Notes under the pieces: model-generated
The model's database searches: none
Seen by the model: the letters and a program-made list of their open reading frames with translations, nothing else
What the model was told of the DNA's origin: nothing
Source of the DNA: Dudresnaya verticillata
Lineage: Eukaryota
Assembly: GCA_977862235.1 (NCBI GenBank)
Contig: OZ374557.1
Span: 3,782,001 to 3,846,000, forward strand
Direction of reading: 5' to 3'
Length of the DNA stretch: 64,000 nt
Position numbers and translations under genes: made by a program
Part shown: one piece after another, positions 25,936 to 37,451 of the stretch
How the letters are laid out: every line of letters starts with the position of its first letter
Numbering within the stretch: the first letter of the stretch is position 1

Positions 25936-26936
25936 GGCGTGGTGCGGCAGTGCGACAGGAAGCACAGTAGTTGTGCGGGTCGGCGGGGTGCGGTGGGGCG
26001 CGACCTGGCGCCAGTCGCGGGGGGTGGGCGGGAGAGGGTTGTAGCGAAACGCGGCGGTTCGGTTGCGATTGCGTTTGGGAGGGCGCTGGGCAACAACCGG
26101 ACTGGTGGAGGGACCCAGGTGTTCCGAAAGAAAAGTCCGAGAAGGGAATCAGCGATAAATCTCGTGGAAAAAATCCTGGAGAGTTATGCCGCGCGACCTG
26201 AAAAGCTATCTTGCATTCTCCATAATATGGAATAGGTCCTGGGGTCGAGCTAACGTAGTTTCTATCAAAAAGGTGTTGGGCCCGAGGCAATCGCAAAACC
26301 TATAACAGTTTTTCGACCAGTGAGAATCAAAAAGTTATTAAACAGCACACGAGCACTCGCGTTTCGGAAAACCTATCATAGGTTTTCAGATCTCGTACAG
26401 TGTACGTGCTGTTTAATAGAAATTTACGTGCGGCTTTCCGAAATGCTGTTGGTCATTCTCCATAATATTGGATAGGTTTTTACGCGATTGCAGTAATTTC
26501 GGCACTGCGGGCACTCGTCCCGCGATGAGACGCAAGTGTATTGCTCGAGTGCACCTACCTGCAAATCGAAGCTCTCGATATTCTCATAGTACTGTGACCC
26601 GACCCGCCTCGCTACTACTACTCTACCGGGGCCGTGGATGCATCATTCCTGTAGATGCATGTTGGCAGATCTTCCATGCCGCTCGACATTCATCCCATGC
26701 TCTGCAAGAGCTACAATTCGATGGAACTCTGCAGATCCGACATTGTGAAAGAGAAGTTGCTGCGGAAATGGGACCGAGCGATGATGCAAATTTTGCGCTG
26801 TGGACTTCTACCGGGATAGCGCTGTCGGTGGCAGTACATGGTCTCCAAAGAGGAGTAGCATGTGATTATGGCTTACGATGTTGCTCTATGGCGTAGGAAA
26901 CTAGTGAAGCGAACGATTATTATGCTCAACTCTGCT

Positions 26937-29881
26937 TTACCCTCCTTTCTGGTCGCACCGCTCCTGGGCTTTCATCGCATGGATATCCCATGCAAAAAAG
27001 CCGTCTAGCTCACTTAGAATCGTGGAAGGGCGGCCGTTCGGGACATGAAAGTTGTACGTATATGCTGAGGTGGCAAAGGATGAATCAAATTCGAAAGCGT
27101 ACACCGCAATGAGTTCCTGTCCTGGCTTTTCGTATTCTGACAGGGGTTTCAGATGAATCTGCTTGCGAACGTTCTCATCAGAACTTGCCCTGAATTGGAC
27201 TTTTGCCTTCCCAACAGCTTTCTTCCCAACGTACAGAACAACTGCATCTCCACCTGTAATACAATCCGAATTTTTCTTCGCCTCATTCCTGAGCAGTTTC
27301 TGTTGCGGGGTTTCCACATCCGCTCCCTGGTCTTCTCCCAGGGCCTCTTCCGCTGTACCATGGCACAGTGGTGTTCCTTCCATTCCTTCCGACAACTTGC
27401 GATGATCACTTGCTATCCTTTTCAGGGGTGCAACTGCAAGCTTGTATGTCTGTAGGCTCTGCTCTATACAGGTGCATTTCCTACCAGTCTGCACGGCTGC
27501 AATTGCAGCTGTCATCGTTCCAGCATACATGTCCAAAATGGCCCCCTCAGGGCAGAAGGTCGTCAACAATTCTACCAACAGCTGAACATTCCTCTCCTCA
27601 GTAAGCACCGGGGATTTTGTACCCAGTTTAAGGAGCTTCTTCTTAGAAACGTTAATTTGAGACATGCACGCAAACGTTCTCTTTTCCGAAACCTTCACTG
27701 ATTGATATGGGCTTCGAATATCCACTTTAAATCCGTTGGGGTGTTGTCCTGGGGCTCTTCCCATGACGGCAATTTCGTGGCCATTTTGGGGACAGTCATT
27801 TCCTCGCCTCTCCTGCACCGTGTCTGTATCTTTGCAATCGAAAAGGCGTACGTTGGGCAAGTGAATCCGGCCTTCAGAAGAGCCTGCCTTATAGGTTCGA
27901 ATGTCTGGTAGGACACGAACATGAACACCCACCCTCCCGGTACAACGGATTCCCTGCACATTTCTGCAAGCTCGGATATTTCAGAATCACTCATATAGTT
28001 GTCGTACTGTTTCCCTGCACCAGACTGTGATGCAGGCGTTCCATACGGTGTGTCGGTAAGAACTATGTCGTATAGGTCACCAACACCCTCGCGAATATTC
28101 TTATTGTATACCTGCCACCGCATCTGATGGCAGTTTATTCTGTACGACTTCAATATATCAGCTTGCAAATGGTCGTCAGATCCGTTCTTGTCCCCACGTA
28201 CAGCCAGCCTCTCTGATTTTTCCTTGCTCACCGTCACAGCAGATTTTACGGCCGATCCCTGCATATCTTCTGCATCATGATTGTGATGGTCTCCGATAGA
28301 ACCGAGGTCTCGAATGCAAGGTAACGAATCTACGTTCACAGAAGGAGAGGGAACGTCATCGTGTTCGATCTGTCCGTCAGAGGGATGGTCCTTGTTTCCA
28401 GCAGTTGTTACCTGATCGGAATTGACCCCCCCTGAATCTTGCACTCCAGTCGTAATCTCATTCACACACTCCCGGTCTAAATTCTTCTCTTCATCGCACT
28501 CCTTTCTGTTCCTATCTCTAACAGAATGGTACTTGTGAATCTTCAGGGGTGCTTCTTCCGGACAACAGTCCTTGTACATATCCAGAATGCATTGCAAAAT
28601 CAATGTGTCGTTGCCCCTGTTAAGCATGATATCGCCATCAAACTTTTGGGATCGCAGACGATTTGTCCGCATCGTTTCCATGGGACCCGGTCAGTCCTCA
28701 GATTCACGAAGGCCTTCGAATTTGCGAACCTCTGCTAGCGCATCTTTAGCCTTCCCGAACTCTGATTTGGTGACCCCGTAAAGAACGGGCCTGAACCCGT
28801 TCCTCCTGCATACTTCTCGAATGCGGTAGAGTGTCGAGACCTGGACTTCCACACCCTCATCATGTACCACGCCACTCATTTGGCCCGCGCGCATGAACTC
28901 TGTGGCAGCCTTCAGTGAGTTCAGAGTAATAAACGTCCGGAAAACCCGGCAGTCCATCGACGACATCAGGGCATGGTCTGCTACTTATTTAGCAGTTCTT
29001 CCACTTCGTGAAGCCAATGCAAGCTGCGGTATTTCTTCCCCCATTATCTACCCTATCGCATCGATGACACGATGACTTAGTTGGAAAGCTACTTGCGCTG
29101 TCTGCCTCACTGTGTTCTCGTGCATATGAACACCCCCATCGTAAGCTGACGCAACCGCTTTTGCTGTCGGCTTGATACCATTTCCCTCCGCTTGAAGGCG
29201 ATCAGACTCATCTTTCAGACCCTTCAATGTGTTATACAGGGTAGTTTCCGCGAAGCCGTTTGCCTCGTGCGTACGATTCTGATGTCTAGCGAATTGCTTC
29301 AGGACCACCAGGTCGGTCCGCGGGTTCAGATCCAGCTCCAGCACAGGCAAGTCAAAGGTTTTCCACTGGTTGTAGTTTTCTTCAAGCAGTTCACGAATAG
29401 CTGCCAATCTATGCATGCCATCAACTACTCCGTACCATTTCCCCCCCGATTTCACAATGTCCTGAACTTCTTTCTCAGAACGACACGTACAGTCCTTCCT
29501 TGTTTGTGACCTGAAGTAATCGGACACACGGCTTCTCAATGCCCCTGTCAATGGCACAATGACAGGCATATCACTACCAGCCACGTAACCGATAGAGTCC
29601 GGAGCTCCTTCCACGGGAGACTTCAATGTCCCTGAACTGTACCGGTCGGTCCCCCGGAAAATGCGCTTCAATCGCTCGAAGCCCGATCTGCAGATCGGGC
29701 GGACGTAGGTCAACGGGACACATGAACGAGGGTCGACTCGCCTGTGCGTAGCTCCATTAACGACATCTCCGAACAGAACTCTATCATTCCCAGGTGATAC
29801 AGGCGCTCTTACGTCTGATGAGGTCTGGCCTGTGTTAGATACAGACCTCACCGCCACTCCCTTCTTCTTTTTCGGTGGCAT
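26937..29881 (-). pseudogene. ParB/Srx-like domain fused to a beta-class N6-adenine/N4-cytosine DNA methyltransferase plus C-terminal transposase-associated module (~980 codons; 3 nonsense codons, 1 frameshift)
   Basis: WYGVVDGMHRLAAIREL (ParB DGxHR); DIVLTDTPYG (motif IV, DPPY-like) precedes EERNVQLLVELL...ILDMYAGTMTAAIAAVQTGRKCTCIE (motifs X-I-II). ORFs 29048-29881, 28691-28966 and 27695-28681 share one frame. Confidence 0.88.
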
Positions 29882-30079
29882 ATTTCTCAGGCTATCGTGT
29901 ACACTGGTAAGGCGAAGTTCTGGATGGGATTTCTGAATGAATTCTGACTACTGCCTCTGTCGGACACAGCTTTCCGCCCTTGCTCCATATATGCATTTAC
30001 AACGTTTCCCACTGCATGAGAGAAAGAATGTGCATTAAATTAAAACCATGTGACTCAGCCTCTGTCATTGACCTCATCC

Positions 30080-30356
30080 TGTAGAGAGTTGTTAGAAACA
30101 GAACAAGCCGATAGCTTCAATCCGTGAACTTGAAGCAGAACAAGCCGATAGCTTTAAGCCGTGAACAGTAGTGTTTAATTTTGAATGTTGCGTGGTTCAA
30201 GCCAGCCGTTCTGGATTGGCCGTGAACCGCTTTGTGCTCTCGAGATGAGCAGCAATACAGTAGTAGATAAAGGCTCTCTCTCCTCCGAGGGAAAGAGGAG
30301 AGAGGCAAGACTTTTGAACAACAGAGTTGGAGTGCTAGGACGAGCCGGAGTTTACA
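30080..30356 (+). repeat. Gypsy-D 5' LTR (277 bp)
   Basis: Near-identical to 39302-39579 (about six differences by eye). Confidence 0.95.
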
Positions 30357-31786
30357 GAAACCATAGAGCATATTGATGGGGAGCGTAATATCCTTGCAGA
30401 TTTAATGACACGGTGGTACGCAGGTTACCGTGGAAAACATAAGATGGCTCGAAGAGTTACAAGTCTGTTGACTGAGGAGGACCTGGTCAGGTCCCCTTAC
30501 GACAAAGATTTTGTTGGACCTTCTTTAGAAATGGTACGGGAATCTCAAGGCCGTGCAGAGCAGGTCCAGCGTCCTAATGACCTATCGTACAATCAAGATG
30601 ATGAAATGTGGCGAAAAAAGACCGCCTATGGATTCCATCGTCGGATATTGAACTACAGATGAAACTACTAGTCCTTGCACACTGTGGCTCTGCAGGACAT
30701 CGCGGAGTTGATTCAACAGCGAGTATTCTGAAGGAGCAGTATATCTGGGAGTCCATGGATGACGATGTCCATGAGTTCGTTTCTAATTGTTTACATTGTA
30801 TTATTGCGAAGAGTGGTCATCGTATACCGAGACCAATTTCACTTACCCTTCATGCTACTGCTCCAAATGACGTCGTGCACTTCGATTTCCTCTTCATGGG
30901 TATCGGGGCCAATGGGCTTTTCTACGTGCTGCTCACACGAGATGACTTATCGTCGTATCTTTGGCTTTGCCCAAGTACTGCTGCCAACTCGCGTGTTGTA
31001 GCAGAGAACCTGTCCAAGTGGATTCGAGTATTTACAGCTATGGGATATTGGGTGAGCGACCAAGGTTCGCACTTTAAGAATCAAGTAATGGAGGAATTGG
31101 CAAAAACCTACAGGATTAAGCATCAGTTTACTGTAGCATACTCACCGTGGGTGAATGGTACGGTCGAGGTGTGCATGCGGCACGTCCGGGCTGCCTGCAC
31201 TGCACTTTTATCCGAGCTGCAGTTAGGACCTCAAGACTGGCCCCTTGTGATTGACATGGTTATGTCAGCCTTGAATGAGGCGCCGCTAAAAAGGTTGGGG
31301 AAACGTTCCGATGGTACTTACCGTACCCCTCTTGAAGTCATGACGGGAATCAGACCTCGACGGGAAAACTTTATCATGCAGCCTAGTACAGTTCACGAGC
31401 CTGTTGAGATTGATGCAGTACGAGTATGACAACTTATCAAGATTGATCAGTTGCAACAGGCTCTAGAGTTGATGCATAAGGATGTTTCGTCTCGCGTGGA
31501 AGCAAATAGAATGAAGCATGTACAGGATCACAACAAACGCACAAACCTGGTGAGTCCCAACTTCGAAATTGGTGACTTTGTGGTTGTCCGTCGAGCTCAA
31601 GATCGTGGGCATAAGTTAAAGTTCAGATGGATTGGCCCCCGTCGTGTCTCCCGGACTATTGGTGATACTGTTTATGAAGTCTCTGGTCTAGTTGATGGCA
31701 AACTTGAAATCGTCCATGCCTCTAGGATGCAACTTTATCGCGCAAAATTGGACGGTGCTGAGGTTTCTAGGAAACTACTTCGTCAA
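30357..31786 (+). pseudogene. Gypsy-D RNase H end and integrase
   Basis: AHCGSAGHRG...CLHC; HFDF, SDQGSHF, NGTVE; RWIGPRRV (GPY/F-like). Confidence 0.92.
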
Positions 31787-32271
31787 AACACCCATTTAAG
31801 CCATTCCAGAATCTGACTTTGAAAACAGACTGAAGTCAAGTAGCTATTTTCTGATATTGTTGGAGAGGTAAGCGTCCCCTGAGTACGATGGTGAAATCCG
31901 ATTGGCCAACAGACCATTTGTTCCAAAGTTATGGCGGTTTGCGTGAATTTACACAAAATATTTCCAGGTGTTCCGAAATTTAATTTCTTTGCATCGATTT
32001 GGCCCGCCCGGGCCACTCCGTGGTCCGGACTGGGCCAAATTGGTCCGCCCGGTCCCCACCTGCCCCATGCGCTCCCCCCCACTCCCTGATGCCACGGCAC
32101 GCCCCCCCATGGCACACAATGCCCCGATTGTACCGCGCCGCCCCGCGCAAAGCCGCGCAGATGCGTGCGCGAGCCTGTTTCCACAGCCGCTACTCTGCCG
32201 CGCCACGCCTTCTCACCGCACCTACTGTACTGTCCTGTGCGCGTCCGTACGGGAACGCATACATATCGCTG

Positions 32272-33800
32272 TCACCGCGTTCTCAAGCTGCAGCTTTCAT
32301 GTACAGATGTGCGCCTGACCCAACAACCGTCTTTGGCCGCAGCCAAACTCGCCGCCGCTTCGTCTGCAGAAGCACAGTCCACTGCAACGTCGGCGACATC
32401 CGTAGCAGCTGCCACTCCAGCATTAGTTACGATAGTGTCGGTTGTAGTAGTGGTCATAGGTTTACCTGCTGCAGCTTCAAGCACAGCAGCATCGCCCTCT
32501 CCAATGCGCAATTCAGCAACAGTGTGTGCAGTATCGCGTTCAGTTGCCTTATCCACTGCAACTTGAGTTCCAGAATCATTATCCTCAGAACTGGCGGTGT
32601 TCGTCGTATCAGCTACGTTCTGCACAACATCAATAGGAAAAACTTCATCCACAACTGGTTCTTCCGGAGAGGCGTCATCAGCGCTGGACTCCCTCGCAAT
32701 AACTACCTCCGTAGCGCTTTCGTCCTCTGCATATTCACCCACTGCGACTGCATCCTCATCGCCTGTATCAGCAATTACTTCGCCAGCAGAGGCCCCATCT
32801 GCAGTACAGGTATCCACAACAGAAGCACCAACAGAAGCAGTCTCCTCAATATTGTCGATCGACTCGCCTTTGTGAATATTCTCATCGTCCGCAGAAATTG
32901 CTGGCAATGAAACGTCGAGAATAGCACTATCCCTCGCAAAAGAGATTTTCGCAGCAGCTTCAGCACAACTCACCTCCTCATCTAGTGCATCCACAGTATT
33001 ATCTGCTGAAAGAGAAGTAGTATCTCCACCACCAGCAACGACACCTTCAGGAGTTAGTTCTGTACCAGCAGTGTCTGTAGGAACATCTTCTACACGATCT
33101 TCAATTGCTAGAGGGTTATCGTCATCAAATTGACCCGCAAGAGTGCCATCGGCGGTTTCGCCACCGTGAAAACGGTCATTCACTTGAGTATCTTCCAGAG
33201 GAGCGCTTTCAGATAGAGCGCTTTCAGCAGGAAGGACAACCGGGAGAGGCCCCCAACCAGGATCTTCTTCCACAGGAAAAGCGCCGCTCAAAAGACTGCC
33301 ATCCTCAGGAATATCTTCTGCACAATTGTCCTCTCCAAAATAGTGTCTTCTGCAGTGGCTTCATCGAGTATAGGGTCTTCTGTAGTAGCCTCTTCCACAT
33401 AAGCTATTCCTGCAATTACCTATTCTTCAGCAGTCTCATGCATTACGATGTGTTCTGCAGCCGCATCTTCTACAATAGCGATTTCCACGATTGCATCTTC
33501 TACAATACTGATATCCACGATTGCCTCTTCTTCATAAGCATCGCCCACTTTGGCGTGTTCTGCAGCAGCATTGAAAACAATAGCGTCTTCTGGAGCAATA
33601 TTATCAACAATAGGGTCTTCTTCTGCAACGTCATCAAACATAGTTTCCTCTAAAGAAGCGTTCATAACAATAGTGTCTCCTGCAGCAGTATCGCCCACAA
33701 CAGCATTTTCTCTTGTAGTGTCATCAAATGTCGAGTCTTCTATCGAAACATAGAATCGAGCAGCGTCTGCTGCAACAGCAGCGTCGACAATATCGCCTCC
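32272..33800 (-). pseudogene. Acidic Ala/Asp/Glu-rich low-complexity protein fragment
   Basis: Long EDA/AAE-rich frames 33420-33986 and 32272-33291 with internal pseudo-repeats. Confidence 0.5.
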
Positions 33801-34299
33801 TGCGCCAGTGTTAGGCAATACGTTTACAGGGAGGTACAAAAAAGCAAAAGTCACCAAAGGTGTCGACCAAACCATTCCATGGAGAGATAAAGTCCCTGAA
33901 AGCTCCGTACTGGTCGAGTTCGCTCGTTTAACAAATGGTGGGATCCCGGTGATTGTGCAACGGAAAATTAGGGGAGCCCTGGACATGCGATCGGAAAATA
34001 TCGCGTAGGGACCACAAAGCCTTGCGAGGGGCTATCGGTTGCGCGAAATGATGCCATGGGACGATTGATAGTGAATAAATATGTTTAGGAGTTGAGTTTG
34101 AGCCACACGTAGTAGCGCCCAGGAGTCTGAGACCGGTTCGTGCGCTGCTATAGATACGAAGTGAAATGCAAGAACTCGCATCCTGCGCTCACCGTGAGAC
34201 ACCCCATCTTGATGAAAACCTTTACGTCCTGTCCAACATTCGCGACAATTTGGTCATTAGCAGGAATATAACAAACAGCAGTGGTTTGGGCCCTTGCCG

Positions 34300-34790
34300 T
34301 TGAAGTGCAGGTCCAAGCAAACATGAGCCCCGAGTAGTCTGACGAGTAGACCTTATCTGCCACGTTGGCAATGCCGACACTCTGCTTTGCGTGGCCGCGC
34401 ATGACGGTCTTGCGCTCTCCATCGGCTCCAGTGATAAATATTTCAGAATGCAGCGAGGCGAACACTACTTCGCCAGTGTTGCGGGCAATCGTGCAGCCCA
34501 CCTGCATGTTCATGACATTAGAGCCGAAGGTGACAGTGGATACGCACTCGCCGTCTGGCGTGCTCCACATGCGGGTAGTTTTGTCATTCGACGAGTACAG
34601 CAGTTTGGAGCCGTCATCCGCCCAACACAGGCCAGTGACAGATGCAGTGTGCCCCTTGAAAGTGGCGATAACGTCCGCCTTGGCAACGTCGACAATGCTA
34701 ATGGACCTATCCGAGGACGCAATGGCGAGCTTGGAGCTGCCCGGGGAGAAGCAGACATAGTTGGGCAAGGGCTTGGGTGAGTCAATCTCC
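34300..34790 (-). pseudogene. Captured WD40 fragment, AIP1/WDR1-like
   Basis: GHTASVTGLCWADDGSKLLYSSNDKTTRMW...VMNMQVGC...MRGHAKQ...VYSSDYSG; the MQVGC segment is typical of AIP1. Confidence 0.75.
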
Positions 34791-35389
34791 TGAACGGGGG
34801 AACGGGGGGTTGCGGCGGCGGAGAGGGACGTGCAAAGCAGGATATGGTAGTACGAAGAGGTGGGCCAGACCCTGTGCAACACATTGAGATCAGTAGCAAA
34901 CCAGGACGCAGATCTGGAAGAGCTATAAACGAATATAGATATCGGCCAATAGATGTTGAGATGCGCCAAATAAAACATCTATTTTCATAGGTTTTTGATT
35001 TGCGACTCCGCCGGAGCTACATAGCTCCCCATTTAGTCAGAATGAAAAACCTAAAAAAGTAGATATTTGCCTGGAGGTAATCTCGTTAGCTACATAGCTA
35101 TTCAGGAAGCGGAATCGTGAAACCTAAGAAAATAGCTTTTCGATCTGGGCGTCGCCGAGGAGCTATTAGAAATATCCATATTCGTCGATAGCTCCCACGC
35201 ACGAGAAACGAATTAGCTACTGCCTCACACTAGTACTCGAGGTGTCTCTCTGCTCAACAACCGCCTCTGCATGCGGGTTGGACACCCTAATTCCCGTACT
35301 ATTCCTCGCACTATTCCTCGCCTTCATGCTGTTTGGGTCGGTCTACATGCTTCAACACCTTCACCTCGTTCGGCCCGGCCATCGCCGCC

Positions 35390-35730
35390 TCGGAGCCGCT
35401 TGCTGAAGCGGCCGCAGTCCCGCTGGCAGCCCTCCGCCGCGACTTGGTCGCGCTGCTCGGCTTGCTGGATGAGACGATCGGCGACCTTCACATTACCCTC
35501 GTGCAGCGCCGCAAGTCTGCTGCTAGGACGTCTGCGCTGCGCACGTTGCTCGACGCGAATGATCTGCTCCTGAAATGCGAGAGACTGCTCAAGGAGTACT
35601 CCGAGTCCGCTTCCACGCCGTCCGCGGTTGGGCTGATGTTCGTCGAGCGAATTGCTGGTGAAAGTTCCCAACTATCGTTCAGGCTAAGCAAAGCTATCGA
35701 TGGCGCGTTTTTCAAGAATCTCTCGCCGTT
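35390..35730 (+). pseudogene. Captured fragment, COG2-like (conserved oligomeric Golgi subunit 2)
   Basis: VPLAALRRDL...LLKCERLL...FVERIAGESSQLSF resembles the COG2 LERIAxExxxLxF segment. Confidence 0.55.
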
Positions 35731-35959
35731 TACTGATACCAGACTGCGGATGACGCCGATGCTCGCAGTCGCGGGGAGAAGCATTAAGAATGGAAACCTC
35801 AAGGCAAGACGAAAGGCCGCAGCAAGCGACTCTGCCACCGCGGATTCTGCCAAGACTACTGCGAGTATTTCCGCTACTGCTGCTGATGCTCTGCAAGCTG
35901 CAGAGGGTGAGGGGTTGCATCCCACGGGCCCAGTCTCGGCAACGGTCCAAGGTGCAACC

Positions 35960-36870
35960 ATGCCCGGCACAATTGTCCTCGAGTACTTTCGCCAGATAGA
36001 GAGCGAAAACCTAGCGTGGGTGCGCGAGCTATCTCGTCTGCTTCCTGACTTTAAGGTCGGGGAATGGCGCGCTGGCAAGACCGTAATTGATCCAAACGAA
36101 GAGCTGTGGCGCCAAGTCAAGTATCTTGTAATCTGGCACATGCCAGTACCTCAAATGTTGAGCCTACCCAACCAACACGCCATTCACCTTGTAGGAAGCA
36201 GAGCCGCCCACCTTGCTCTGCATCAAATCCCGGAGCACATAACTATTGTTCGCCTGGTAGATCCTGATGTTGCTAGAGACATGGCAGCCTATGTCATGCA
36301 CTGGGTTATTCAACTTCAAATTGGCTTGGGAGAATACCTCACGTTCCAGCAATAAAAGCGATGGCAGAAACTAGCGTTCATCCCTCGGTATAGGCTTGCA
36401 GTTGGCGTCATGGGCTTTGACACCGTCGGCTCTACCGTCGGCAAGGCCGCAGCGGCAATGGAATATCCAGTATCCGCTTGGAGTCGGAACGGCGTCGCAA
36501 CAGAAGTTGTGCAAGCCTTCGCTGAGTAGCAGGCGACTTTCTGAGCTGCGTCAACGCGCTTTTTAACGTGCTCCTGTTGAGGCCAGAGACCGAGAATATG
36601 CTCGATACAAGTTTCTTCGAGAAGCTCCCTCGTGGGGCTGCCGTAATTAGCATTGGGTGCGGTGCCACCATCAATGAAGAAGACTTGCTTCAAGCTCTAG
36701 ATAATGGCCACCATCGTGCGTTTGTGGTGGATACGTTTCGCGAAGAACCTTTGCCCGCTTCATCCCCACTATGGTGTTACGAAAACATCCTCATAACTCC
36801 TCACGTCGCGGGCCGCACGTTCGCAGAGTCATCTGGTAGTGCAAATGCCCCACGTTGCAGATCAAAGTAA
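35960..36870 (+). pseudogene. Captured D-isomer 2-hydroxyacid dehydrogenase (glyoxylate/hydroxypyruvate reductase A-like), with stops
   Basis: IVRLVDPDVARDMAAYVMHWV...VGVMGFDTVG...KLPRGAAVISIGCG...DTFREEPLPASSPLWCYENILITPHVAG. Confidence 0.85.
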
Positions 36871-37088
36871 GATATATCCCCTCATTGGTGTCTATTGAAA
36901 TGCATGCCGTACGAACACAAGTGGACCGTCAAAGAACTCCGCGTCTCGAGCCGAAATTATGAAGAGAGGCTCGTCTATTTTCATTACTGCGTACTTCACC
37001 CCTTAACACCATAGTAGATTCCCTCGCAGCTAACGCAAGCTCGCATCAGTGCAAGCAGAGCTTCCACATCATCGGGTCTATCAAAACA

Positions 37089-37424
37089 ATGTCTTCGGGC
37101 CTTGGTTCAGCTCCCGCGGACATGCAAGCTGCTTTTGGAAAGTTTCACAAGCACGTCAGAGCGCAGCTGAAATTCAGACTAAACGATCGCTCGAGGAGGC
37201 TTCGGAGTGAGTATTTGCAGTTTCCACGGCGGGTAATGGACGCTTTGGGAGTCCGTGAGAGCGAAACACTCATGAATGGAAGTCGAAATAGCGAGTTGAA
37301 CCATGTTCTATCGCAACACGAGCATGACTGCAAGATTCTGGATGCCGTGTACAGGACCGGGATGAGGCAACTAGAACGGCAAGCGCGCCCGTTCGCGACC
37401 TGGAGAGAATGTGCCGTTTATTAG
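37089..37424 (+). CDS. Hypothetical 111-aa protein in element B
   Basis: Uninterrupted ATG ORF with helical, protein-like composition; no family recognised. Confidence 0.35.
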   Translation: MSSGLGSAPADMQAAFGKFHKHVRAQLKFRLNDRSRRLRSEYLQFPRRVMDALGVRESETLMNGSRNSELNHVLSQHEHDCKILDAVYRTGMRQLERQARPFATWRECAVY

Positions 37425-37451
37425 TCACATGGCATTATGCCAAGGAAAATA

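Noticed and set aside
26937..29881. Bacterial restriction-modification locus, prophage or contaminant
   Set aside because: No endonuclease or phage genes; embedded within a eukaryotic transposon with TSD and next to an intron-containing gene
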